A DNA stretch of 64,000 nucleotides from Octopus bimaculoides (Eukaryota): the NCBI RefSeq assembly GCF_001194135.2, contig NC_068984.1:77516383-77580382 (forward strand), in the 5' to 3' direction. Made by a program: the position numbers and the translations under genes. Under the pieces are notes generated by a model. The model saw nothing but the letters and a program-made list of their open reading frames with translations, was not told where the DNA came from and ran no database searches. How positions within the stretch are numbered: position 1 is the stretch's first letter; the number at the start of each line of letters is the position of its first letter. Below are positions 39,331 through 51,700 of this stretch, piece by piece.

Positions 39331-40689
39331 ATCTAAGAATATGTATATAATAACATTCAGCGGCATTGTTTCGGATTCAGTATGCCATTTAACCCGCTGT
39401 AATAGTTTTATGAATTTTTTTTTTAACTGTGTTTTCAACATGGATTACAATCCTAGGAATTTAAAAAAATTTAATTAAAAATATTTTTGCCATTCCTCAT
39501 TTTTTCTTTTGTTTTTGGTTTTCTTTTTTTTCTTTTCTTTTCCATGTTTGTGTGCAACCAGAACCAAATAATATTTAAAAAAAAAAAAAATTTGACATCA
39601 TTTTGTCACATTTTGCTGGACATGCTATGTGACTATACATCACTTGTACATGGATCATCTCATCTCACTGCTTGAGTCACGTATTTAATCCATCTTTTGA
39701 TATACACCCAAAACGAAGCTCACTTTGCAACCTTGCTTCAGGTTTAGTCCCACTTCACATTATCATGGGCAAGTATCTTCAACTATATCCTTGGGCTAAC
39801 CAATGTGATTTAGTAAATAGAAACTGTGTAGAAGCCTGCCATAAATATGCTCTTGTGCCTCGCCACTATTTGACAACTAGTATTAGTTTGTTTACGTCCT
39901 CAGAAGTTAGTGGTCCAATGAAAGAGACCAAATAGAACAAGTACTAGGCCTAAAAAATAAATATGAATTGGTGTTTATTTGTTTGACCAAACAGTGCCCC
40001 GGCTTGGCCACAGTCCAATGACTGAAACAAGTAAAAGAAAAATGATAGTGGCTTCCAATATCTCAGAAGTTCAGTTTGGTACTTACTAAAAGAATCCTCT
40101 TTTCTCAGTGTTGTCATGAAAGACAATCACCAAATCTGTTTTGCAATGTTGCCAACTGTTTTTCCTTTGAAAAACCTTTGCCCAACTTAGGAGTGTGTAG
40201 TTAGCATCCTCATTTGCACTTTGTCTCTGAATTTTTGAGGGTAGAAAACCCTTCTTATTGCAGAATTGTGGTGATCTTTGGTGTGTACTTTTTTTTTTTT
40301 TTCTATTGGAAATAGAAAAAGAAAATTTGAAGAAAAGATTCAAAAATTAAGTGGGGAGCAAAAATACAAATTACAAAAAAAATTTTTTTTTTTTCAGAAT
40401 CATAGTCTTTCATGTTGAAAACTTAGAAAACCAAAGAAATTGTTGAGAAAAATGTAAAAAGAATTACAGCTGGATAATTGGTGTGCTTATGTTGAATATC
40501 TGTCCATTCATTGTTAGCATTTTTACTGAGCATTATTTTTTTCTATTTATGGGTTTTAGTTTTTCCTGTACATTTATCTTGTAATTCAGGAAAATAAATT
40601 GGAAAAGAATTTCTTTTAAAAAGAGTTTGTTTCTTTTTTTTTCTTCCTCTGCCTTCTTTCCTTCATTACTCCTATCAGTATTCCTTCTG

Positions 40690-41090
40690 GTTTTCTCTTT
40701 ACTACCATAGTCGTAAGCATGGTTGTGTTGTTAAGCCACACACTTTGCATCTATGTGCATTCCCACTGCACAAACATTTTTGGCAAATGTCTGCTACTAG
40801 AGCCCTGGGCTGACCAGTGCCTTGTGAGGGACTGTGGCAGATCAGAATTGTGTAGAAGCCCATGTGTGGTAAGAAGCTTGCTTCCTAACCACAAGGTTCG
40901 GGGTTCAATCCCACTGCGTGGCACCTTGGGCTAGTGGTGTTTTTATATCCCCCATAACTTAGTAGTTCGGCAAAAGAGGCTGATAAAATAAGAACTAGGC
41001 TTACAAAGTCCTGGAGTCAATTTCTTCAGCCAAATCCCTTTAAGATGATGTTTCAGCATGGCCGCAGTCAAATGATTGAAACGTGTAAGA
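40690..41090 (+). mobile_element. Rearranged or degenerate family Z SINE pieces
   Basis: Head gtgtggtaagaagcttgcttcctaaccacaaggttcggggttcaatccc at about 40865. Confidence 0.65.
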
Positions 41091-41247
41091 GAATAAAGTT
41101 AAAGAATGTGTTTATCCCAACCATCACCATTGCTTAGCAACTGCTGTTAGTTTATATCCACTTTGCTTTGCTGTTCAGCAAAGTAAAACAGCAGAAAATA
41201 AGTACCAGACTTAAATTAGTACTAGAGTCAATTTATTTGGCTGTACA

Positions 41248-41282
<35 letters not shown>

Positions 41283-41285
<3 letters not shown>

Positions 41286-41525
41286 GCCTGACTGGCCTTT
41301 GTAGGGTGTTTTCGTGGCCGTTTTCGTGCGGGTGACACGTAAAAGCACCCACTACACTCTCGGAGTGGTTGGCGTTAGGAAGGGCATCCAGCTGTAGAAA
41401 CTCTGCCAAATTAGATTGGAGCCTGGTGTTGCCATCCGGTTTCACCAGTCCTCAGTCAAATCGTCCAACCCATGCTAGCATGGAAGGCGGACGTTAAACG
41501 ATGATGATGATGATGATGATGATGA
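41283..41525 (+). mobile_element. Young RTE-tail element ending in (GAT)n
   Basis: Near-identical in reverse to 46607-46832. Confidence 0.85.
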
Positions 41526-43310
41526 AACTCTTCAAAGCAGTGCCCCAGCATGGCTGCAGCCTAATGACTGAAACAGGATTAAAGACAATCTTCTAAAAAG
41601 CAATAAATTTATGCTATCCATCATGAGGCTCTCTTTTGCCTTGAAAGGTCCAGTGCAAGTGCCATATTATCTGTGAGTAGTTAGTAAATCAAATGAAGCA
41701 GTGACAGTACAAAGCTTAAGAGAGTTCTGTAGTCTAACTGATGGTAAGGCAACTTGTATTGTGCTGGTGCTATAAAAGATTGCATCCAGTGCTATGTAAA
41801 GTGGTTAGCATTATTAGCAAAGGCATCCAGTCATAATAGCCATGCCAAAACTTATGTGGTCCTCTGACCTGTTGGATCCTGTCAAACTGTTCAATCCATG
41901 CCAATGTAGAAAGTGGCATGTAGAATGATGATGATGACCTGTAGACACTTACAATGGTTAACTCTAGTTTTTTTGTCTTTTCCAATGTTTCTAGCATTGT
42001 ACTCTGTCAATTGTATATGTTGCCTATGTATGTATGTATGTATGTGCTTACCTATGTATCTAAAAAAATCCAAGTGGAGTATAAAGCATCTCATGATTTT
42101 TCCAGCATATTTCTCTCCATAGAACTTAATAAAATCATTACATATTCAGAGAAGATATATCTACTAGAAAGATCTGATAAAATTAAAACACCTGAAAAAA
42201 TTCATGCAGTCTTAGATAAAATTTCTAGACACTGTTAAAAAAAATATCTGACTTCATGATTTTAGAAATCAGTGGCTGTAGCAAAACTATTATTATATAT
42301 TCAAACAATTTGGATTAAGCCAACAGTGATGAACAATGCATGGTATTAAACAAATTACACACCCTGAATGTGAATTTAGTTGGGGTATATAAAATCAGTT
42401 TCCTAAGCAACTCCCATTATAATTTTTTTTTTTTTTTCATTTCGGAGGGAAAAGAAAAAAATTTTGAAACTTTTTTCTTTTTGAATTCTAATATCCTATC
42501 TCACACCACCTTTTTATTTTAAAGTGCAAAAACCAGCTTTTTTTCTCTCCTAAATTATGTATTTTGAACATAGGATTTTATGATGCTGACAAAAATGTTT
42601 TGCAATTTCTTCTCATCTGTTTTGAAGTGTACAATCAACTGTAGAAGATCGGGCTCACTCCATCTCTGTATCTGTTTATTATACATTTTTTTTAGACAAG
42701 TCTGGATTTTTTTATTTCTCTTTATAAAAGATCTTTTTTTTTTTTAAATTTAAGAGCAAAATACCTGTACTAAATAACTGAAGTTGTATATATTCAATAA
42801 TTATAAAATTATTTTTTTGTAACCTTTTGACAAAAATCTTAGCAGAGAATTTTCCAAAAAAAGAATTTTTTTTTATTCAGATTTAGGTTTGATGTTCAAA
42901 GCAAATCCAAAAATTTTTCTATGAAAATATGCCATTAAAAGTTACAGTGTATACATCATACAACCATAATTACATATAGGAATATATATACATCACAAAT
43001 ATAGGTCTATGTTTGTGTATATGTATATATTATATGTATTTATGTACTCTCTTTTACTCTTTTGTTTCAGCGTGTTTGTGTATGTTCATATATACACATA
43101 TACCATAGTTTATAGATATACATGTGTGTCTATGTATTTTCATATGTCTACAAACAGTTAGTTACATACACAGTAATGGGGAGTCAAAAATAAAAGTCTG
43201 AAGAAATATTTTTTGTAATTGCTGAAAATTTCATAAAAATTCAAGGATGTTTATATGATAGAAACAAAGACCTGTGATTACAGTGGTTTTGAAACTATGA
43301 AATATATATA

Positions 43311-43533
43311 TTACTCTTTTACTTGTTTCAGTCATTTGACTGTGGCCATGCTGGAGCACCGCCTTTTTTAGTCAAGCAAATCGACCCCAGGATTTATTCT
43401 TTGGAAGCCTGGTACTTATTCTATCGGTCTCTTTTGCTGAACAGCATATATACGGGGACGTAAACACACCACCATCGGTTGTCAAGCGATGCTGGGGGGA
43501 CAAAGACAGACACACAAACATATAGACACACAT

Positions 43534-43580
<47 letters not shown>

Positions 43581-43733
43581 TACGATGGGCTTCTTTCTGT
43601 TTCTGTCTACCAAATCCACTCACAAGGCTTTGGTCGGCCCAAGGCTATAGTAGAAGACACTTGCCCAAGGTGCCACGCAGTGGGACTGAACCCGGAACCA
43701 TGTGGTTGGTAAGCAAGCTACTTACCACACAGC

Positions 43734-43735
<2 letters not shown>
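43311..43735 (-). mobile_element. Family Z SINE
   Basis: Near-identical to 16997-17393. Confidence 0.9.
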
Positions 43736-43775
<40 letters not shown>

Positions 43776-43829
43776 TAATATGATGTGTAAGTAGTAGGCA
43801 GGGTGTATGATGCCTGTGTGTGAACGGCC

Positions 43830-44283
43830 ATGCTATATGGCAGCAAAGCATGCATAAGAAGCAGATGTGTTGTGCAAAAGAGATAACCATGCTGGTATAG
43901 TCATGTGATGTGTATGAGCAAGGATGAGCACAGTTGTGTAAAGAAGTGCTGATCTCTAACTGTGGTCGGAACCTAGGAAGAATGGGATGAGGTGGTGAAG
44001 TATGATATTCAAATGTTAGGTCTCATGGAGGCAATGATAAGTGATCGAGATCTTTGGCAATTTGCTGAGCTTAAGAAGTGAAACCGTAGTTGTAGCTAGT
44101 GTTGATGACCTGTAAAAGGGACCCACTACATTCTTGGAGTGGCTGGCATTAGGAAGGGTGTCCAGTATAGAAACCAAGCCGAAATCAGACTGGAACCTGG
44201 TACAGCTCTCTGGCTTACCAGTTCCAGTCAAGCCTCTTAATCCATGCTTGCATGGAAAATTGACACTAAATGATGATGATGAT
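43830..44283 (+). mobile_element. RTE 3' end
   Basis: Same family as 19890-20535, with (GAT)n tail. Confidence 0.75.
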
Positions 44284-44479
44284 CTCATTGTCTTAAAGAT
44301 AACATTTTGGCAGAGATGCAGATGATGTATTTATGTTTACATGATTATGTGCTTGTATATGTACATAAATGCATGTATATAATTTCTGTATAATTATTAT
44401 AAATACACCTCCTCCCTCTACCTGCACCTACTCACTACATTCCCTCAAGATTTCTTCTGGAGTCATAATGGTGTTATCA

Positions 44480-45250
44480 GTGCAGCAGCGTTCATTTATT
44501 GTGGAATCTTATTTCAGATCAGGCCTTTTTATCAGTAGGTGATGGATTTACTCCTTTGACAATTTATCAGTTACTGATTTTAAGAGCGAATATCCAAATA
44601 TTCCTCCGCCAACAAAGCAGGCGATTAATGTTCTTATTAAAGAGTTTAGGAAGACGGGTTCAGTTGAAAACAAGAAACACGTTCATCTATGTACCCGCCT
44701 TTCTGATGATGTTGTGGAAGATATCCGTCAATGAATTCTTTGCACTCCCAGAAAATCTATGCAACGTTTGTCTCATGAAACTGGATTATCTGTTGGTAGC
44801 TGCCATATTGCTCTTTGCAAATTGCTGAAATTGTACCCATACCACGTGTCTTCTTTACATGAACTTGTTCTTGCTGATTTTACCAAAAGATTGGATTACT
44901 GCAAATGGTTTCAAGAAAACATGGATGACAACCTTCTTCAGTGACAAGGCTTGGATTCACCTATTGGTATACCTAAATTCGCAAAATACTCGCATCTGGA
45001 GTGCTCTCAATCCTCACGAATTTGTTGAATCACCCTTACATGCAGTGAAGATTGGTGTATGGATGGCTATCAGCAGGTGAAGAATAGGAGGACCAATTTT
45101 TTTCTCTTTTTTTTCCCAAGAAACCTTGAATTTGGAACATTATTGTGAGATAATTGATCAGTTTGTTGAGCAGCTAACTGAGAATGAAAGAAGTAATGTA
45201 TGGCTTCAACAGGGCTAGCAACCACACTTTGTGTCACTTATGACAAACTT
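44480..45250 (+). mobile_element. Tc1/mariner superfamily (DD37D/DD41D-type) transposase remnant
   Basis: FRKTGSV..., PRKSMQRLSHETGLS..LKLYPYHVSSLHEL..DFTKRLDYCKWF and FFSDKAWIHL..YLNSQNTRIWS..NPHEFVESPLHAVKIGVWMAIS. Confidence 0.85.
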
Positions 45251-45956
45251 TTGAACACAGGTTGATCATGAAAGATTCTGAACTCGCCCTCATTAAGCAC
45301 TCAAAAACATGCTCCAGTACGTTCGGGGCGACGGTGCCTCGTGTGCGTCTGCTTGAGTTGTCTGTTCGGCCCTATTTGCCAGTGCATGTGCGGTGGGGCC
45401 GCGAAGCTCTGCGTGCATTGCCGCCACATTGGCCACCCTGTGCTGTCTTTGCCTGTCTGGTTTCACGCCTGTGCGTCGTCAAACAGGTCAGTGCGGGAGC
45501 CATGAGGCAGGTGTCGGTGTTCATGTTGGGCTAGCACGTCCACCTCCCAGTCGTTTCGGCCTGCATGGTTCAGAGATGACAGATGACTGCAATTATTTGT
45601 AACATGAAGTGCAGTGCTGAAGATCTACTCACCTGTGCAAGTATAGTTAAACAATTGTTAATATGGTGGTAATGCTGTAGGTTGGCAATAGGATATATAG
45701 GTGTATTTGGTTCTCTTGCCCATTATATATCTTTTATGTTTTGGTGTGATGTACACTTCTTTTGATACCCTCTCATTTTTTTTCACTTGTATGCTTATCA
45801 TTTACCTCTTGTATTCAATGCACTATTTTGGCTAACTACCTAGTGATGGCAGTTGATTTCTCTTATACACTATACCACCACTTGTATAATATGGCATGGC
45901 AGTGGACCCAACCATATTCAATATTTCAGCTACCATTATCTCTCTCTCATCAAGAT

Positions 45957-45997
<41 letters not shown>

Positions 45998-46606
45998 TCA
46001 GAGATTGTGTCAGATCTATTTATATTCAATACAGTCTACTATCACCCTTTCTCTTCTGACAACCATGACTTCCTCTCTGCCAGGCCTCTCAATACTGACA
46101 TACATCACTCTCTTACTATTGCCCATCTTTATTACTATTCATCACTTGATCTCTCTCTCCAGTAAACATGTAAATGCTACTAGTTTCTCTACTATTGTTC
46201 CATATTTTTACTATCTTTCTCTATTTATTTCCTCATCCACCACTCTCCCTAATTGTTGTTTCTTCTGTTGTACTCTTGTTCCCTTCACTCACCCACTCTG
46301 ATTCTTCCGTCATTGGTTTCCTGTTCACTCCTTGTTTTTCTTACATTGAACAGTTAGTGACATTGTAGAGTAGCAAGAACCCTTTGGTCTTGTAGGGTAC
46401 TGGGCAGTCTAAGAGGTCTTATAAGTTTTCAAGTTTTAACATCTTTAAAAGGTGTTGCTGGAGTAATTGTACACTTTGCATGTAAGGCTTCTATCAGCTT
46501 TGATGTCCCTTTCCAAGCATACCATGAATGATCTGAGAAACTTGAAACTCATTTGAGTGTCTTCTTTGGTTCAACTTGGTTTCTTCTCTTAACAGAATGG
46601 TCTAAG

Positions 46607-46832
46607 TCGTCGTCGTTGTCGTTTAACGTCCGCTTTCCATGCTAGCATGGGTTGGACGATTTGACTGAGGACTGGTGAAACCAGATGGCTACACCAGGCT
46701 CCAATCTGATTTGGAAGAGTTTCTACAGCTGGATGCCCTTCCTAACGCCAACCACTCAGAGAGTGTAGTGGATGCTTCTACGTGTCACCCGCACAAAAAC
46801 GGCCACGCTCGAAATGGTGTCTTTTATGTGCC
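46607..46832 (-). mobile_element. Young RTE-tail element running into the assembly gap
   Basis: Family match. The sequence just after the gap continues with the same UTR minisatellite unit. Confidence 0.85.
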
Positions 46833-47793
46833 NNNNNNNNNNNNNNNNNNNNNNNNNNNNNNNNNNNNNNNNNNNNNNNNNNNNNNNNNNNNNNNNNNNN
46901 NNNNNNNNNNNNNNNNNNNNNNNNNNNNNNNNNNNNNNNNNNNNNNNNNNNNNNNNNNNNNNNNNNNNNNNNNNNNNNNNNNNNNNNNNNNNNNNNNNNN
47001 NNNNNNNNNNNNNNNNNNNNNNNNNNNNNNNNNNNNNNNNNNNNNNNNNNNNNNNNNNNNNNNNNNNNNNNNNNNNNNNNNNNNNNNNNNNNNNNNNNNN
47101 NNNNNNNNNNNNNNNNNNNNNNNNNNNNNNNNNNNNNNNNNNNNNNNNNNNNNNNNNNNNNNNNNNNNNNNNNNNNNNNNNNNNNNNNNNNNNNNNNNNN
47201 NNNNNNNNNNNNNNNNNNNNNNNNNNNNNNNNNNNNNNNNNNNNNNNNNNNNNNNNNNNNNNNNNNNNNNNNNNNNNNNNNNNNNNNNNNNNNNNNNNNN
47301 NNNNNNNNNNNNNNNNNNNNNNNNNNNNNNNNNNNNNNNNNNNNNNNNNNNNNNNNNNNNNNNNNNNNNNNNNNNNNNNNNNNNNNNNNNNNNNNNNNNN
47401 NNNNNNNNNNNNNNNNNNNNNNNNNNNNNNNNNNNNNNNNNNNNNNNNNNNNNNNNNNNNNNNNNNNNNNNNNNNNNNNNNNNNNNNNNNNNNNNNNNNN
47501 NNNNNNNNNNNNNNNNNNNNNNNNNNNNNNNNNNNNNNNNNNNNNNNNNNNNNNNNNNNNNNNNNNNNNNNNNNNNNNNNNNNNNNNNNNNNNNNNNNNN
47601 NNNNNNNNNNNNNNNNNNNNNNNNNNNNNNNNNNNNNNNNNNNNNNNNNNNNNNNNNNNNNNNNNNNNNNNNNNNNNNNNNNNNNNNNNNNNNNNNNNNN
47701 NNNNNNNNNNNNNNNNNNNNNNNNNNNNNNNNNNNNNNNNNNNNNNNNNNNNNNNNNNNNNNNNNNNNNNNNNNNNNNNNNNNNNNNNNNNNN
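46833..47793. other. Assembly gap (961 N)
   Basis: Run of N. Confidence 1.
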
Positions 47794-49246
47794 AGCACAA
47801 GAGCCAGTTCACGGGCACTGGCAACGATCTCGCTCGGTATCTGTGGTAATATTCAAGAGCAAAGTGGTGTTATCTGTAAGTCTAGATCAGTCAGTACTAC
47901 TGAACCTATTCTTCTGAACTTTCTTAAAATCCAGCTCCTCATAGTCACCAGCTGTTGCTGGAGAGTACAGTGCAGATCTCTGATGAAAACAATGAGTACC
48001 AATGTGTCACAGCTCAAACACCATGATTTCATAATGCACTGAGATCACTTGTGCTACGCTGTTGGTGCTCATGCCCTCACTGGTTCAATGAATGCTTGGC
48101 AGGATTCCATATGCTTTCAAGATCTTAATTGCTTCAGAGTTCGTAAACTTTATGACAGCATGTTGTCTGTTATTCTTTACTTCTTTTATTCTCTAAAGAG
48201 TCAAATCAACAGCAAAGCTTCTGAAGAACAGATATGGATGTTATTCTGCATTTGAAGAACATGCTGGGGTACCTTCTAGATGTGATTGATGAGGATGCAG
48301 ATATGCCACTTCATTACTGGCATTGACATTCATATGTTCATTGTGACTGAACTGAAGATGGTCAGGGCCTCAGCTGAAGCATTTGAAGAACTATCACTTG
48401 AACAGCATTCTGATAAACATCTGCAACGTATTGCTGATGAGTGTGACAAATAAAAATTGTTATCCCTTTCCAACATAATTTCTGATCCCAAATCCTAATC
48501 ATTTACCCTAACAAACACATTCAGTAACATCTATAGTCTGACCTGTATCACAGAAAAAATCTACAATCATATCATCTCAACTAAACAAGGGCAGCTATTG
48601 ATTTCAAGGTTAGATATTGCTAAAATGTTTTCATTAAACAGTGTGTGACTGTCATGCAAATCCTGGTACTTCAGAAGATAATACTTCCCCATTTAATTCC
48701 TACTTCTGTGCCACTATGAACACCTTACTTGACTTCCTAGTGACCTCCACACAATCTTAACAGAACTTTAATTGACATTCACCTATATATTAATGCAAAT
48801 ATGTTCTTTTGCTTAAGTCATCACTCTCTCCTGCACACAATGTGAACTTGTTGAACTTTGTCGCTTGTATTCTTTGGCCTATAGCTACATGTCCTTACCA
48901 GTGATTTACTACATTTAGGCACAGATATGCTGTGTGGTCAAGATGTTCACTTCAGAACCACATTAAGAGTTCAGCCCCACTGCATGGATATTGTCTACTG
49001 GTATCCTGTACTATAGACACAAGTTGAACAGTACTTTGTGAGTGAAACTGGTAGATGAAAACTGAAGCATATTGTGTGTATGTTAATTTTTTTGTGTTGC
49101 TGTGTTTGTTGGGACGAGTTTGTATTTTCCCAGGTCTTGTGCATTCACTAATTATAAACAAAAGTCTCGTTCAAGTAGTGTTGTTTGTTTCCATCTCTCT
49201 GGATAACCATATGTAGACTTTGTTGTTCAGTAAACTAAGGGATTAT

Positions 49247-49627
49247 TGTTGTTGGCACTCCGTCGCTTATGACGACGAGGGTTCCAGTTGATCCGATCAA
49301 CGGAACAGCCTGCTTGTGAAATTAATGTGCAAGTGGCTGAGCACTCCACAGACACGTGTACCCTTAACGTAGTTCTCGGGGATATTCAGCGTGACACAGA
49401 GTGTGACAAGGCTGGCCCTTCGAATTACAGGCACAACAGAAACAGGTAGTAAGAGAATGTTGTGGTGGAAGAGTGCAGCAAGGTTCGCCACCATCCCCTG
49501 CCAAAGCCTCGTGGAGCTTTAGGTGTTTTCGCTCAATAAACACTCACAACGCCCAGTCTGGGAATCGAAACCGCAATCCTATGACTGCGAGTCCGCTGCC
49601 CTAACCACTGGGCCATTGCGCCTCCAC
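49247..49627 (-). mobile_element. Family Y tRNA-derived SINE with TSD
   Basis: Near-identical to 16491-16872. TSD agggattat at 49238-49246 and 49629-49637. Confidence 0.9.
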
Positions 49628-50717
49628 TAGGGATTATCAATGTGCTTGGAAACTGGTGATGGTTAGTATCAGGAAGTGTATTCAGCTGTAGAAAACTCTG
49701 CCCCAGCATAGTTTCATCATGCATGGAAAAATAGACATTAATACAATGATAATGATGATATCAATATACTACATGCTCGTTGAAAAATGTTTCTCTCTCT
49801 CTCTCTCTGGTTGAGACCCAGTCTTGAAACATTGATTTTCTCTTCCCATCACTGATTACAAACCTCATAATTATAATTTAGGTTACCACTGATTTTGATG
49901 CAAAAGTTTGAAAGCCAACTATTGTCTTTCTGTTTATTTAGCACTAATTCCTCTGTGTAAGATTTCTAAAATAAGTTCCAGCTGTGTTGTTCTTTGGTTG
50001 ACAATCAATTGTTTTTGCCACACTGTTATCATGGCAGTTATCACCAGAGAATCATAAACCATATAGATATTAAGACCATATAGTTTTAAAGAACTACAAT
50101 ATAACCAACCCCAGTGACCCCAATGTCCTTGTCCCACATGAAGCAGAGTTTTGTCTTCATCAGCAGATCTATGAACAGAGGTTTCCCAGCCAGGACCATC
50201 TTGTATTATCCTTCATGATGGTATAGTGTATAAGTGACTGCATCCACTATGCCCAATTGTTTATTGTTCTTGTCTGTTTTTTTTTCTTTTTTTTTATGTG
50301 ATTTGAGATAAATTTGGTAGATGCATTTTAGCAAGCCAAACGATTTTGTTTGCTTATTTTGATTTTTGTCTCTTAAAGTGTAATACCCTCGAGAAACTGA
50401 ACATTGTAAGCAATGTGCGTGTATACATTTTGCAAACAGAGAAAAAAAGATTATGTACGAAAGTGTAGATGTCAAATAATGATGTAATGATTGATAATTA
50501 CACTTCTTATTCACTTAGGGAGCATAATCTTTTGTCACAGGAAGCATTTTGCCAAACATAAGAAAGATGCGTTTAATGACGTCAAAAATTTAGAACATTA
50601 ACAGCTCTTTCGAGTATAAGATTAGTCTATATTGAATTGCCAGTCAGATTTCGATGATCACGCTCTGGAATAAGATAGCATAAGATTTTGTTATTTCGTT
50701 ATTGTTGATCTTGTTTT

Positions 50718-51630
50718 CAAGAAATACATTGACATTTTGAGTGATGTCTCTTTACTATGGTCGTCATGGTGATTTATTCGTCGGTAGTCTGTTTGGTTAA
50801 GCGTTCAGAACCGTGGTGGCATGGTCTTCACGAATAAAATAGCGAAGAGCGTAAACATACGGTTGAACTTACGGAAAGTAGCGATTTCAACCGAACGCAA
50901 TTTAGAAACGAGGCAATGTGACATGTAAACTGGTCGATCAGGCAATAAACTGTTGGTTGAATGAAAATTAGGTCAGCATTTTCATTCGCTTCTTCCCTGT
51001 TGAGCCTCGCTCCGAAAACAACATTTATTCATTATAATATTCGTGTTATTCAACGAAATCGGGAAATAACCTCGTTTTGATATCGCACATGCGCCTTAAA
51101 TCTTCTTCCGGTCAGACATTTTTGCATTTATGATTTGCATACGATAACTTATTTTTCAAGAAAACAGATTGTAAAATCAAACTGAACAAATATATTTAGC
51201 GATGAAGTTAAAGTAACAAATTATTTGTCGTCCATTTAATCATCTGCATGGAGAACGTAATCATTAGCAATCCGTTCCAACAGGAAGTAAGTGACACATT
51301 CAGCGCCCTCTCACTCTCTCTTTCACCAATTGTGACCATTCTGTCGTACTTTTTCTTCGTTCTTTTCGCGTTCATATTTGTTATTCTTTTATATTCTCTG
51401 AACACGTGTGTGTACATATCGGTCTTTTATGTTTATTGCAAATTGTACATCAAAGGATTCAAATAAGACTCAAAACAAGGGGAAATTGTTCGTTAGTAAC
51501 GAATTGTTTTCGTAGTACCATTTAATACAAAATCGGCCTACTTTGCATCATTGGTAAACGTAAGTGGATACATATGACCTTGTTCTCGTATCTCCGGAAG
51601 CCCACGACTTCTGGATTGGAATTCACGATT
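50718..51630 (+). promoter_or_regulatory. Repeated promoter/first-exon module, copy D
   Basis: gcacatgcgc 51085-51094, cttccggtcagacatttt 51105, uORF 51202-51216, donor at 51286/51287, paired element 51576-51616. Confidence 0.7.
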
Positions 51631-51644
51631 ACCCTAATCGGGTA

Positions 51645-51675
<31 letters not shown>

Positions 51676-51700
51676 CATAATTACGAAAATAGCTTTTGTT

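Noticed and set aside
46675-48042. Longest ORFs in the track (324-455 aa)
   Set aside because: They are artefacts of translating the N gap.
47794-48460. Moderately GC-rich segment after the gap with coding-like stretches
   Set aside because: All frames are interrupted and I recognise no motif. Probably decayed repeat; BLASTX is needed.
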